Below, in pieces: positions 17,983 through 26,766 of a stretch of DNA of 64,000 nucleotides (positions are counted from its first letter, which is position 1; every line of letters begins with the position of its first letter). The position numbers and the translations under genes were made by a program. Below the pieces are notes generated by a model, which was not told the DNA's origin, did no database searches, and worked only from the letters and a program-made list of their open reading frames with translations. The stretch is from an uncultured delta proteobacterium (GTDB lineage Bacteria > Desulfobacterota > Desulfobacteria > Desulfobacterales > B30-G6), in NCBI GenBank assembly GCA_963823335.1, contig CAWGLD010000001.1, forward strand, positions 1,856,001 to 1,920,000, written 5' to 3'.

Positions 17983-19209
17983 ATGATCTACCTCATCGGT
18001 ACAATTGTATTTTCAGCGATCATTATGCTGATGGTCGGCTTGCTTTTGCTGGTTGAAGCCAAGGTCGTCCTGAAAGGGGACCGGTCTGTCATGATTAATG
18101 ACGACGCGGACAAAGTCCTTAAGGTCGATACCGGTACCAGTCTTTTAAAGGCATTGTCCAACAACAATATCTTTATTCCCTCCGCTTGCGGCGGTGGTGG
18201 ATCCTGCGGTATGTGCAAATGCAGAATCGAAGAAGGTGTTCAGAGCTTTCTTCCCACCGAACTGGCTCATATCAGCCGCAAAGAAAAGAAGCAGAATATC
18301 CACCTGGCGTGCCAACTCAAGGTGAAGGAGGATCTGAAGATACGGATTCCTGAAGATATTCTGGAGGTAAAAAAATATCATGCAACGGTGGTGTCCAACG
18401 ACAACGTGGCCACCTTCATCAAGGATCTTATTCTCGAGTTGGCGCCGGAGGAGGCCCTCGATTTCGACGCCGGTGCTTATGTCCAGATCGATGTTCCGGA
18501 ATATGAACTCTCTTTTTCCGAATTTAGAAAACGGGTGGGGAAACGGTTTCAACCTGCCTGGGACCGATTCAATCTCTGGGGACTTCGTTCCAAGTCGGAT
18601 GAGGCCATTTTCCGGGCCTACTCCCTGGCAAACCCACCTTCCGAAAACAGGCGCCTACGGTTTACCATCCGAATTGCAACACCACCACCCGGAAAGCAAG
18701 AGGCACCCCCGGGTAAGGGTTCGTCCTTTATTTTCAATTTGAATCCCGGGGACAAACTAACGTTAAGTGGCCCTTACGGCGATTTTTTTGTGAAAAAAAC
18801 GGACAGAGAAATGTGTTTCGTGGGGGGCGGGGCAGGTATGGCACCCTTGAGAAGTCAGGTTTTGCATCATCTGGAGACCCTCAAAACCAAAAGAACCCTG
18901 TCTTTCTGGTATGGGGCACGATCCAAACAGGAATTGTTTTTTGATACGGAGTTCCGAGCGCTCGAGCAAGCGCATGATAATTTTACCTTCAATGTGGCCC
19001 TGTCAGAGCCGCAGCCGGAAGATGAATGGGGTGGCATGACAGGCTATATTCATCAAAACCTAAAGGAGCACTATCTGGCGCAACACGAAGATCCCACTGA
19101 AATCGAATATTATCTCTGTGGGCCACCCATGATGATCGAGGCCATCGAGCAGATGCTGGATGACCTGGGAGTGGATCCGGAGATGATCGCCTTTGACAAA
19201 TTCAGCTAG
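17983..19209 (+). CDS. nqrF: Na+-NQR subunit F
   Basis: SACGGGGSCGMC (2Fe-2S), LACQ, RAYSLAN, GGGAGMAP, YLCGPPMM, FDKF. Confidence 0.96.
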   Translation: MIYLIGTIVFSAIIMLMVGLLLLVEAKVVLKGDRSVMINDDADKVLKVDTGTSLLKALSNNNIFIPSACGGGGSCGMCKCRIEEGVQSFLPTELAHISRKEKKQNIHLACQLKVKEDLKIRIPEDILEVKKYHATVVSNDNVATFIKDLILELAPEEALDFDAGAYVQIDVPEYELSFSEFRKRVGKRFQPAWDRFNLWGLRSKSDEAIFRAYSLANPPSENRRLRFTIRIATPPPGKQEAPPGKGSSFIFNLNPGDKLTLSGPYGDFFVKKTDREMCFVGGGAGMAPLRSQVLHHLETLKTKRTLSFWYGARSKQELFFDTEFRALEQAHDNFTFNVALSEPQPEDEWGGMTGYIHQNLKEHYLAQHEDPTEIEYYLCGPPMMIEAIEQMLDDLGVDPEMIAFDKFS

Positions 19210-19319
19210 TCTCACGAAGCGATCTTGCCGCATCTGCGGTGTTGCGGACCATTCGCAGTAGCAAACTACGGCTTCATGGTCCGGCGCCTTGCACCTGCGG
19301 CAAGCTCACTTCGTGAAAC
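19209..19319 (+). repeat. long-hairpin (REPIN/MITE-like) element H2
   Basis: GTCTCACGAAG / CTTCGTGAAAC termini, inner CTTGCCGCA / TGCGGCAAG, core GTGTTG...GTAGCAAACTAC...CGCCTTG. Confidence 0.8.
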
Positions 19320-19356
19320 AATTGGATTTACCTGGAAATGTCATAAAACTTAATGG

Positions 19357-19689
19357 CTAAAAGCCCATTTTTTCGGGGGGTCTGCGCTCGGGGATATAAT
19401 CTATTTCCACCTTACCTTCGTTCCATGCCTTTGAACCATAGAGACCACAATAGCAGCTGCCATATTCCTTGACGTCAGGTTCTCTGTAAACACAGGGACA
19501 GAAGATATCCTTATCGGCGTCCCTGTTCCCCGATGCCAGTCTGCAGGGGCATACCATATACCCGTAGCGGTCCTTGTTCTGGATGAGGGCGGACAACAGT
19601 TCCAGGACAAATGCCCGGTCTTTGTTGAAGTAGTACCCTTTAGGTTCCTGTACCTTCCGGAGATTTTCGAAAAGTTTTTCAACATCCAT
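19357..19689 (-). CDS. ferredoxin:thioredoxin reductase catalytic subunit
   Basis: CPCR, CPCVY and CYCGL motifs of the FTR catalytic beta chain. Confidence 0.92.
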   Translation of the reverse strand: MDVEKLFENLRKVQEPKGYYFNKDRAFVLELLSALIQNKDRYGYMVCPCRLASGNRDADKDIFCPCVYREPDVKEYGSCYCGLYGSKAWNEGKVEIDYIPERRPPEKMGF

Positions 19690-19943
19690 CAGAGCCCTAG
19701 CGCCTCCTTTATTTTCTCTTCCTTAAACCCTACAATAACCTGATCGCCGATGATCAGTGTAGGAAATGAACATCGAGGGTTCAATTTTTTAATGTCTTCT
19801 AGGATGGCTTTTCGTTCCTCGCCCTCAAGCCGATCTACCTCTATAAATTCATATTGAACGGTGCACTCATTCAAGAATTTTTTTGTTGATTTGCAATGAC
19901 TACAGGTGCTTAGCGTGTAAAGCTTTATCGGTTTGTCGGTCAT
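19689..19943 (-). CDS. glutaredoxin / NrdH-redoxin
   Basis: YTLSTCSHC and SFPT cis-Pro; stop/start overlap with the FTR gene; start at ATG 19943. Confidence 0.9.
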   Translation of the reverse strand: MTDKPIKLYTLSTCSHCKSTKKFLNECTVQYEFIEVDRLEGEERKAILEDIKKLNPRCSFPTLIIGDQVIVGFKEEKIKEALGL

Positions 19944-20059
19944 GTTCCATTCCTTTCCAACGTTGAGAGTTGCTTGAATCCCGCTATTTTCAGAGCGGGT
20001 ATCAATCAAATACACGATTTTATTATCCCTTGACAAGGGTTTTATTTTCATTTAATACT

Positions 20060-20078
20060 ATCAGTAATCATTATTAAT
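20060..20078. promoter_or_regulatory. putative PerR/Fur-type operator between grx-FTR and cooS
   Basis: ATCAGTAATCATTATTAAT, an imperfect 19-bp palindrome resembling the AGTAA-n3-TTACT core described for deltaproteobacterial PerR. Confidence 0.5.
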
Positions 20079-20133
20079 AGTAAGTAAACCCTCATCTACC
20101 CACAAAAGCAAGGATTCTAAGAAGGGAGAAAAA

Positions 20134-22107
20134 ATGGAAAAGAAAATAACGGCGTCCAAGGAAAAGGAGCTCAACATCAGTGAGGCCACCCTATGCGAGG
20201 CTACGGCCCAGATGCTGAGAAAAGCCAAGCGGGATGGTGTTGAAACAGCGTTTGACCGTGCAATGAACATGAAGGCCTGCCCAATAGGCGCCGAATCTGC
20301 CTGTTGCAAACACTGCTCCATGGGGCCCTGTCGACTCAATTCAAAAAATCCATATGGCAAGGTGGGCGTCTGTGGTGCAACCATCGATACGATCCAGGCC
20401 CGCAATTTTGCCCGTATGGTAGCTTCGGGCAGTGCCGCCCATACCGACCACGGCATGGCTATGGTCGATCTGTTCCGCGAGGTGGTCAATGGCCATATCA
20501 AGGAGTACCAGATCAAAGACGTGGGAAAACTGGAGATGGTGGCCCAATCCATAGGTATTGAAACCGAGGGTCGCAGCGTTAAAGAGATTGCCACGGACCT
20601 CTACACGGAACTGGAGCGGACATACACCCAGGTCGAAGGCGAAATACCCTTTGCCAAGCGTGTCCCGGCAAAAACCCTGGAAACCTGGCGCAAGCTGGGT
20701 ATTGTACCCCGGGGGGCCATGCGTGAAATCATGGAACTGATGCATCGTACCCACATGGGTGTGGATCAGCATTATGAAAACATTACCAAACAGAGCAGTC
20801 GTGCGGCCCTGGCGGACGGATGGGGTGGCTCCATGGTGGCCACTGAAATTTCCGACATTCTTTTTGGTACCCCTTCACCTGTGGCCGTGGAGGTGAACAT
20901 GGGTGTTCTCAAGGAAGATCATGTCAACATCATCGTACATGGGCACGAGCCCAACATGTTCGAATCCATGCTGGTTTCGGTCAACGAACCCACACTGGTT
21001 CAGGCCGCCAAAGAGGCCGGTGCTGAAGGCATCAACCTGGTGGGTATGTGTTGCTCCGGTGCTGAAATGATGTCCCGGCATGGTGTCCCCCACGCCGGTA
21101 ACTTCATGTCCACGGAAGCCATTCTGGTCACCAATGCCGTAGACGCCATGTGTGTGGATATTCAGTGTATCAAACAGGGACTGGTGGCGGTTGCGGATTG
21201 TTACAAGACCCCCCTGATTACCACCAATCCGAGAGCCCATATCGAAGGCGCTACACATATCGAGTTCAACGACCATGATCCCCAGGCGTGTACCGACGAT
21301 GTGGTGATCAAGGCCATCAGTCGATTTAAACATCGCACCGGGGACATAGAAATCCCCAACATCCGCAACACCGGTGTTCACGGATTTTCTTATGAATACA
21401 TCAACTACATGCTGGGGGGTTCCTTCAGAGGCTCCTATACCCCGCTGAACGACAACATTATCAACGGCCGTATTCGCGGTGTGGCCGGTGTTGTGGGCTG
21501 CACCAATCCGAGGGTCAAGCAGGACTGGGTGCATGTGGAACTGGTCAAAGAACTGATTAAAAACGATGTGCTCGTGTTGCAGACCGGTTGCTCACAGGTT
21601 GCGCTGGCCAAAGAAGGCTTATACACGCCCGAAGCCGCTTATCTAGCCGGTCCCGGGCTGCGGGAGGTCTGTGAGACCGTGGGAATGCCCCCCTGTCTTG
21701 GAATCGGATCCTGCGTGGACAACAGCCGAATTCTGATTGCCGCTTCTGAAATGGTGCGCGTCGGCGGTCTCGGGGACAGCATTGCCGATCTGCCGGCTGC
21801 AGGCGCCGCACCGGAGTGGATGAGTGAAAAGGCCATCAGCATCGGTCAGTACTTTGTGGCGTCCGGCGTGTTTACGGTCTTTGGCGTGACCTTCCCCATC
21901 GTTAAGGAAACCAAGTTCCACAAGCACCTCTTCCAGGGACTGGAAGAACAGGGTCTGGGAAAATGGGGGTTTAGTGCCGATCCTTATGAAATGGCACGCA
22001 TGATGATCGCCCACATCGACAAGAAACGACAGGCGCTGGGCCTCGACAAGGGCAAAGAGCGGGTTCTGGTGGACATGGCAGATCGTCGCGCTCTTGACGC
22101 TGCCTAA
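20134..22107 (+). CDS. cooS: anaerobic Ni-Fe carbon monoxide dehydrogenase catalytic subunit
   Basis: D/B-cluster CPIG...CCKHCSMGPC...GVCGA; C-cluster ligands HGHEP, GMCC, DIQC, VGCTN, TGC, GSCVD; WMSEKA. Confidence 0.96.
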   Translation: MEKKITASKEKELNISEATLCEATAQMLRKAKRDGVETAFDRAMNMKACPIGAESACCKHCSMGPCRLNSKNPYGKVGVCGATIDTIQARNFARMVASGSAAHTDHGMAMVDLFREVVNGHIKEYQIKDVGKLEMVAQSIGIETEGRSVKEIATDLYTELERTYTQVEGEIPFAKRVPAKTLETWRKLGIVPRGAMREIMELMHRTHMGVDQHYENITKQSSRAALADGWGGSMVATEISDILFGTPSPVAVEVNMGVLKEDHVNIIVHGHEPNMFESMLVSVNEPTLVQAAKEAGAEGINLVGMCCSGAEMMSRHGVPHAGNFMSTEAILVTNAVDAMCVDIQCIKQGLVAVADCYKTPLITTNPRAHIEGATHIEFNDHDPQACTDDVVIKAISRFKHRTGDIEIPNIRNTGVHGFSYEYINYMLGGSFRGSYTPLNDNIINGRIRGVAGVVGCTNPRVKQDWVHVELVKELIKNDVLVLQTGCSQVALAKEGLYTPEAAYLAGPGLREVCETVGMPPCLGIGSCVDNSRILIAASEMVRVGGLGDSIADLPAAGAAPEWMSEKAISIGQYFVASGVFTVFGVTFPIVKETKFHKHLFQGLEEQGLGKWGFSADPYEMARMMIAHIDKKRQALGLDKGKERVLVDMADRRALDAA

Positions 22108-22175
22108 CAAGAGAATATCGTGAAGCATTCGGGCTGACTGCCCGGATAAAATCAACCTTCCTTCCTTCTTTCCAA

Positions 22176-22206
22176 AGCAAAGGGCTCCGTCTTGGAGCCC
22201 TTTGCT
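22176..22206 (+). terminator. terminator hairpin after cooS
   Basis: AGCAAAGGGCTCC-gtctt-GGAGCCCTTTGCT. Confidence 0.75.
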
Positions 22207-22221
22207 GTCTGCCGTCACCCG

Positions 22222-22269
22222 CCGAAGCGTTAGCCGAAAGTCAAACGGAATATACTTATGACAACGGCC
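22222..22269 (+). repeat. 48-bp dispersed repeat (second copy at 34015-34062)
   Basis: CCGAAGCGTTAGCCGAAAG(T/C)CAAACGGAA(T/C)ATACTTATGA(C/G)AACGGCC, 45/48 identical. Confidence 0.85.
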
Positions 22270-22321
22270 TAAGCGTCACCCGGAAGCGTTTCCTAAAGCG
22301 TGAGCGTGGCCAAGGCCCAAC

Positions 22322-22472
22322 CAATCAAAGCGCTCCGGTGGTTTGATTGTTCTACAAACCGCGTGCTTGGCACGCGGTTCCGAACCTGAACTTACGGAGA
22401 CGTGCCGTCTCCTTTGTTTTTCCCCCATTTTGGGGGAAATCCAAGCCACCCGTTTCACGGGTGGTAGTTGAC
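22322..22472 (+). mobile_element. multi-hairpin non-coding segment ending in an IS200/IS605-like terminal hairpin; probable non-autonomous remnant
   Basis: Five consecutive hairpins, the last AAGCCACCCGT-TTC-ACGGGTGGTAGTTGAC; no transposase ORF. Confidence 0.45.
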
Positions 22473-22547
22473 TTAGGCTTTGAAAACGCGTGTCAATTAT
22501 GTATTGAATAAAGACATAAAATTTATGTATAGGTTATATGTGCATCC

Positions 22548-22622
22548 TTGAACCGAAAAAACGAGCACATTCCTCGTGGGTTCTGCCTGCGGCAGTGCTT
22601 CGTATGCTGCGAGGTTCTTCAA
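22548..22622 (-). repeat. TTGAA...TTCAA modular palindromic repeat, copy D
   Basis: Reverse complement aligns with copy A over its full length. Confidence 0.8.
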
Positions 22623-22640
22623 TCTGTATGAGGTAGAAAA

Positions 22641-23123
22641 ATGGGAAAAGATGTGGTGACATTTACCTGCCCTCGCTGTAGTCAGACTGCAGCGGTTAAA
22701 CTTCCGGAAAATTTCCATCAGAATAACTCCCTGGAAATTGAATGCCTGTGTGAATGCGGTTACAGATTTAAAAGTGAAGTGGAAAGACGTCAACACAATC
22801 GAAAGGCCGTCAAATTTTCAGGCTGGTATAACTACGGCAACGAAATTCAACTGGAACCGGGTGTTGTGGCAGGAACGCTCGTTGGTAAAGGAAAGATGAC
22901 CGTGGTAAATCTGTCGGTCAGTGGTTTCAGGATAAAATTGAAAAAAAAGGAAGACCTGAAGATCAACGACCGGCTCAAGGTGGCCTTTCATCTAAAGGAC
23001 TGCAAACGCACATTGATCAGCGAAACCGCCACGATTAAAAACATTCACCAAAAGTTCGTCGGCGGAGCCTTTCTACCCACCGGGTCAAAGAACCGGGAAC
23101 TGGGGTTCTATCTGCTGTATTAG
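22641..23123 (+). CDS. zinc-ribbon + PilZ domain protein
   Basis: CPRC...CLCECG, then ERRQHNRK (RxxxR) and NLSVSG (D/NxSxxG). Confidence 0.8.
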   Translation: MGKDVVTFTCPRCSQTAAVKLPENFHQNNSLEIECLCECGYRFKSEVERRQHNRKAVKFSGWYNYGNEIQLEPGVVAGTLVGKGKMTVVNLSVSGFRIKLKKKEDLKINDRLKVAFHLKDCKRTLISETATIKNIHQKFVGGAFLPTGSKNRELGFYLLY

Positions 23124-23186
23124 GCCGGTCCCTTTATTTGAGATGGCTATCTCAATAAAATATGACGATAACCTTGACCAACTTGG

Positions 23187-23843
23187 TTATTTGCAAGACC
23201 ACCCTTCCTGGCTGCAAAGCCACTGTCTAAACTGATCCTGCGCTTTATATGCTTCGACTTCCATGGGGATGTTCTCGTAACTGAAAAAGGCGCTCACATA
23301 TCCCTGGGTGTATTTCCTGCCGAATTCAGCAATGGAGCCGAGTTCTTGATACTGTTTGATATGATAGGCTTCATGACTTAGCAATATCAGCAGGTTACCA
23401 TCTTTGCTTCCTTGGGGCTGTCGCAGGTAGATGGTGTTGCCGAAGGTCTGACCGGCCAATTGGTCCATAATGGGGATGGGCCATCTATCCAGGATCTTGT
23501 GGTTGTTCAAGAGCACCGCCTCGTAGACAATCTGTATGTCATTGGGGTCGATTCCCCATTTTTGCAGCCACGGGGTAAGCCACTTTTTTTGATAGGGACT
23601 CAACGGATAGGGCTGCTTCTTGTTTTCATGGATGTTGTTTTGCCAGATTTCTTTAGCCAGGAGGGGAAATGTTTTGGCTCCCCACGCACCGGCATCCACG
23701 ATGGTTCCTGTTTGGATCTCTTTTCGAAGGGCACTGTTTTCATCTGAAAGATCCAGATCGCGCCACTCAATACCGGCGGCGGAACCAGACAGCAGATATA
23801 CCAGCATGAACCCGATGGGTATAAACTGCACTATGTTTTTCAT
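23187..23843 (-). CDS. secreted DUF4157-like protein with an HExxH motif
   Basis: Signal-peptide-like N-terminus, AGQTFGNTIY, LLSHEAYHIKQY, YENIPMEVEAY. Confidence 0.7.
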   Translation of the reverse strand: MKNIVQFIPIGFMLVYLLSGSAAGIEWRDLDLSDENSALRKEIQTGTIVDAGAWGAKTFPLLAKEIWQNNIHENKKQPYPLSPYQKKWLTPWLQKWGIDPNDIQIVYEAVLLNNHKILDRWPIPIMDQLAGQTFGNTIYLRQPQGSKDGNLLILLSHEAYHIKQYQELGSIAEFGRKYTQGYVSAFFSYENIPMEVEAYKAQDQFRQWLCSQEGWSCK

Positions 23844-23858
23844 GAGGCAATTCCAAAT

Positions 23859-23900
23859 AGCAACAACATTGCGTTTTATAAAATCGTTATACGAGTTTAT
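23859..23900 (+). repeat. 42-nt double-hairpin REP-like element, copy 4 (degenerate)
   Basis: ATAAAATCG-ttata-CGAGTTTAT preceded by a decayed GC hairpin; the regulator stop lies inside it. Confidence 0.6.
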
Positions 23901-25734
23901 TGTTGGGATATTTTCCAATGAAACGATACAGGGTCGCACGTCCGACACCTAACAGTTTGGCGGCTTTAACCTTGTTTCCGCCTGTCTTGACGAGTGCTTC
24001 TCTAACGGCTATTTGATCGAGTTTTCGGGAGGGGCCGCGGTTCGGCTTTTTCGGCGTAAACTGCTTTAATTCAAGGGGAAGATCCATGGGGCGAATGATA
24101 CCACCTTTACATCGCACGATAGAAAACTGTATGCAGTTTTGAAGTTCGCGGACATTTCCGGGCCATCGATAGTCCATCATCATGGAAAGGGCTTCATCGC
24201 TGATCTTGAACTCTTGCTGGTTTTTATGACCGGGAAACTGTTTCAGGAAATGCTCCACCAGGAGAGGTATGTCTGTTTTGCGTTCACGCAGAGGCGGAAC
24301 CATGATCGGTATCACATTCAGGCGATAAAAAAGGTCTTCGCGAAAATTACCATTCTGAACTTCCTCTTTTAAATTCTTGTTCGTGGCACTGATGACCCTT
24401 GTATCAACGGATATGGTTTTTTCTCCCCCGACTTTTTCAAAGGTTTCTTCCTGTAAAAAGCGCAGAAGCTTCACCTGCATGAGTTTGGGGAGTTCCGATA
24501 CTTCGTCCAGAAAGACCGTACCACTGTCAGCCAGTTCAAACCGGCCTTTCTTTTCCCTTATGGCACCGGAAAAGGCTCCTTTGACGTGACCGAAGAGTTC
24601 GCTTTCGATAAGACCTTCCGGCAGCGCGCCGCAGTTGATGGGAACGAATGGTGCGCCACCCCGGTGGCTTTCATTGTGGATGGCATGGGCAACGAGTTCC
24701 TTGCCGGTGCCTGTCTCTCCCGAGATATGGACGGGAAAATCATAGTCTGTCACATCTCGAATCTGTTTAAAAACCGAGATCATCTTTTTATTGCGGCCGA
24801 TAATGTTCGAGAAGCTGAAAATCTTTTCGGCATCCATCTGCAACTCGATCAGTTCTGTCAGGTCCGTGATGGTGGCCAGGGCGCCGATGTCCTGGTGGTT
24901 GTCGTCTTTCATCAGGATAATCGACATGCCGATCATCCTTTTGAGACCGTTTTTGGTGGTGATATGGAGGGTCTGATCCTTTTTGTCTTCCAGGGTCGGG
25001 TCGGCGGTGCAAAAGGAGCATCGATTGCCACACAAGGACTCGCTAAAAGCTTCGTGGCAGTCCTTTCCCAGAACCTCTTCCCGGTTAAATCCCAGGATTT
25101 TTTCGGCGCCATCACTATAAAAGAGGATTCGTCGATCCAGGTCGTGGGCAATGATACCCTCCTTGAGATTGTTCAAAATGTATTCAAGGCTTTTGCGGTC
25201 GGCCACGTTTTTGAAAAGCATGGCCAGTTGCGTTTCGGCAAGTTCCTTGAATTTGCATATCAGGTTTTCAAAACGTGGCGTATAGGTATGTTCTTTGGAA
25301 TCGAGCAGACTCATGGTGCCGAAGATTTCATTGTCCGGCCAAAGAAGGGGAACGCCCATGTAGGAAACCATTCCCAGGTCGGTGTCCTTGTTTTCTTGGC
25401 CCGTTCTTTTTAAAATATTCGGAACGAGTACCGGTTTCTTTTGCTGAACCACAAGGGCACAATAAAGATCTTTCAACAAGGCTCTGTGGCCTTTTTGATA
25501 CGGGTTGTTCCCAACGGTACTTGTGCTGATGACCTCCATGTGGTCACCCTGGAGCCTTCGAATCAAAACAGCCGGCACGTCGCAGAATTCCGCCAGGGTG
25601 TTGACGATACCCCCCCAGCTTTCCAGAACACTGGCATTGACTTGAATTGTCAATTTAGGAATGGCGGGACCGAGCTGTTGCAGAAATCCGGTCTGCTCAA
25701 CATCCGTTTTAATATATTGCTTTTTCTCTTGCAT
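23887..25734 (-). CDS. sigma-54-dependent activator (GAF-PAS-AAA+-HTH)
   Basis: [38 protein letters not shown], Fis-type HTH; N-terminal GAF and PAS. Confidence 0.93.
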   Translation of the reverse strand: MQEKKQYIKTDVEQTGFLQQLGPAIPKLTIQVNASVLESWGGIVNTLAEFCDVPAVLIRRLQGDHMEVISTSTVGNNPYQKGHRALLKDLYCALVVQQKKPVLVPNILKRTGQENKDTDLGMVSYMGVPLLWPDNEIFGTMSLLDSKEHTYTPRFENLICKFKELAETQLAMLFKNVADRKSLEYILNNLKEGIIAHDLDRRILFYSDGAEKILGFNREEVLGKDCHEAFSESLCGNRCSFCTADPTLEDKKDQTLHITTKNGLKRMIGMSIILMKDDNHQDIGALATITDLTELIELQMDAEKIFSFSNIIGRNKKMISVFKQIRDVTDYDFPVHISGETGTGKELVAHAIHNESHRGGAPFVPINCGALPEGLIESELFGHVKGAFSGAIREKKGRFELADSGTVFLDEVSELPKLMQVKLLRFLQEETFEKVGGEKTISVDTRVISATNKNLKEEVQNGNFREDLFYRLNVIPIMVPPLRERKTDIPLLVEHFLKQFPGHKNQQEFKISDEALSMMMDYRWPGNVRELQNCIQFSIVRCKGGIIRPMDLPLELKQFTPKKPNRGPSRKLDQIAVREALVKTGGNKVKAAKLLGVGRATLYRFIGKYPNNKLV

Positions 25735-25849
25735 CTATTTGCCAATCAGCCTGAGTCCTTGCCCTTTGCAGCATATATATTATCCCGGGACGTATGTCAA
25801 AGATTGCCTTGTCGGGAGTTGTAAAAATGTATATGTTAAACCTGATTAT

Positions 25850-26587
25850 ATGGATACAGAAAAGATAAAACGGAAAGAATTTCGAGGACTGGTCTGGCCG
25901 GAACTGATACCGGGCAGACTGATCAAACGCTACAAGCGATTCCTGGCTGATGTTGAACTGGAAGACGGCATGGTTGTAACCGCCCACTGCCCCAACTCGG
26001 GGAGCATGACCGCCTGCTCGGAACCTGGCCGGCCGGTTTATCTGTCCCGGCATGATAACCCGAGACGAAAACTGAAATACACCTGGGAAATCATCCATAT
26101 GCCTGACTCGCTGGTGGGTGTCAACACTCTCGTACCGAACAGACTCGTCAAAACATCGATAGAACACAATCTGGTGCCGGAACTGCTCGATTACCAAGAT
26201 ATTCGTCCCGAGGTTCAAACGTCCAAAGGATCACGCCTGGATCTTCTCTTGACGAAATCTCATGGGGCCAAATGTTTTGTAGAAATAAAAAACTGTACCC
26301 TGGTAAACCAGGGTGTTGCCTGTTTTCCGGACGCGGTTACGCAAAGGGGACGCAAACACCTCGATGAGCTCCAACGGCTGGTTGCCGAGGGAAATCGGTG
26401 TGTCATGTTTTTTTGTGTTCAACGGATGGATGCTGAATGCTTTCGGCCTGCAGATCAGATTGACTCCGCATACGCAGAGGCATTGCGGCGGGCACATCTG
26501 CAAGGAGGCGTGGAAGTTCTGGTATATGACGTGTGGATGGATTTGGAGCGGATCGTTTTGAATCGGAAGATATCCTTTAAGTTATGA
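25850..26587 (+). CDS. sfsA: SfsA DNA/RNA nuclease-like protein
   Basis: RYKRFLADV, AHCPNSGSM, SRLD, FVEIKNCT, FPDAVTQRGRKHL. Confidence 0.95.
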   Translation: MDTEKIKRKEFRGLVWPELIPGRLIKRYKRFLADVELEDGMVVTAHCPNSGSMTACSEPGRPVYLSRHDNPRRKLKYTWEIIHMPDSLVGVNTLVPNRLVKTSIEHNLVPELLDYQDIRPEVQTSKGSRLDLLLTKSHGAKCFVEIKNCTLVNQGVACFPDAVTQRGRKHLDELQRLVAEGNRCVMFFCVQRMDAECFRPADQIDSAYAEALRRAHLQGGVEVLVYDVWMDLERIVLNRKISFKL

Positions 26588-26703
26588 CCCTCCCAATATT
26601 TACGTGAGGGAAATTCGAATGTCGAATATCTAAACAATATCAAATGGCCCAAATTCAAATTTACCAAACCGGTTGGACCGAAAATGGTATTTGGGTGAAA
26701 AAA

Positions 26704-26745
26704 AGCGGCGCAGCCGCGTCGGATAAGATCTTGAAACGATTTTAT
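26704..26745 (+). repeat. 42-nt double-hairpin REP-like element, copy 5
   Basis: AGCGGCGCAGCCGC-gtcgg-ATAAGATCT-tgaaa-CGATTTTAT, upstream of purF. Confidence 0.75.
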
Positions 26746-26766
26746 TTTATATAAGGAGTCGGATCA

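Noticed and set aside
13216-19209. Rnf complex
   Set aside because: Gene order and the presence of NqrF, with no RnfB, identify Nqr despite the RnfC-like Cys motifs in subunit A.
22322-22472. HEARO/omegaRNA with IscB or TnpB
   Set aside because: Only the terminal hairpin resembles that superfamily; there is no nuclease ORF and I could not recognise the internal conserved RNA motifs.
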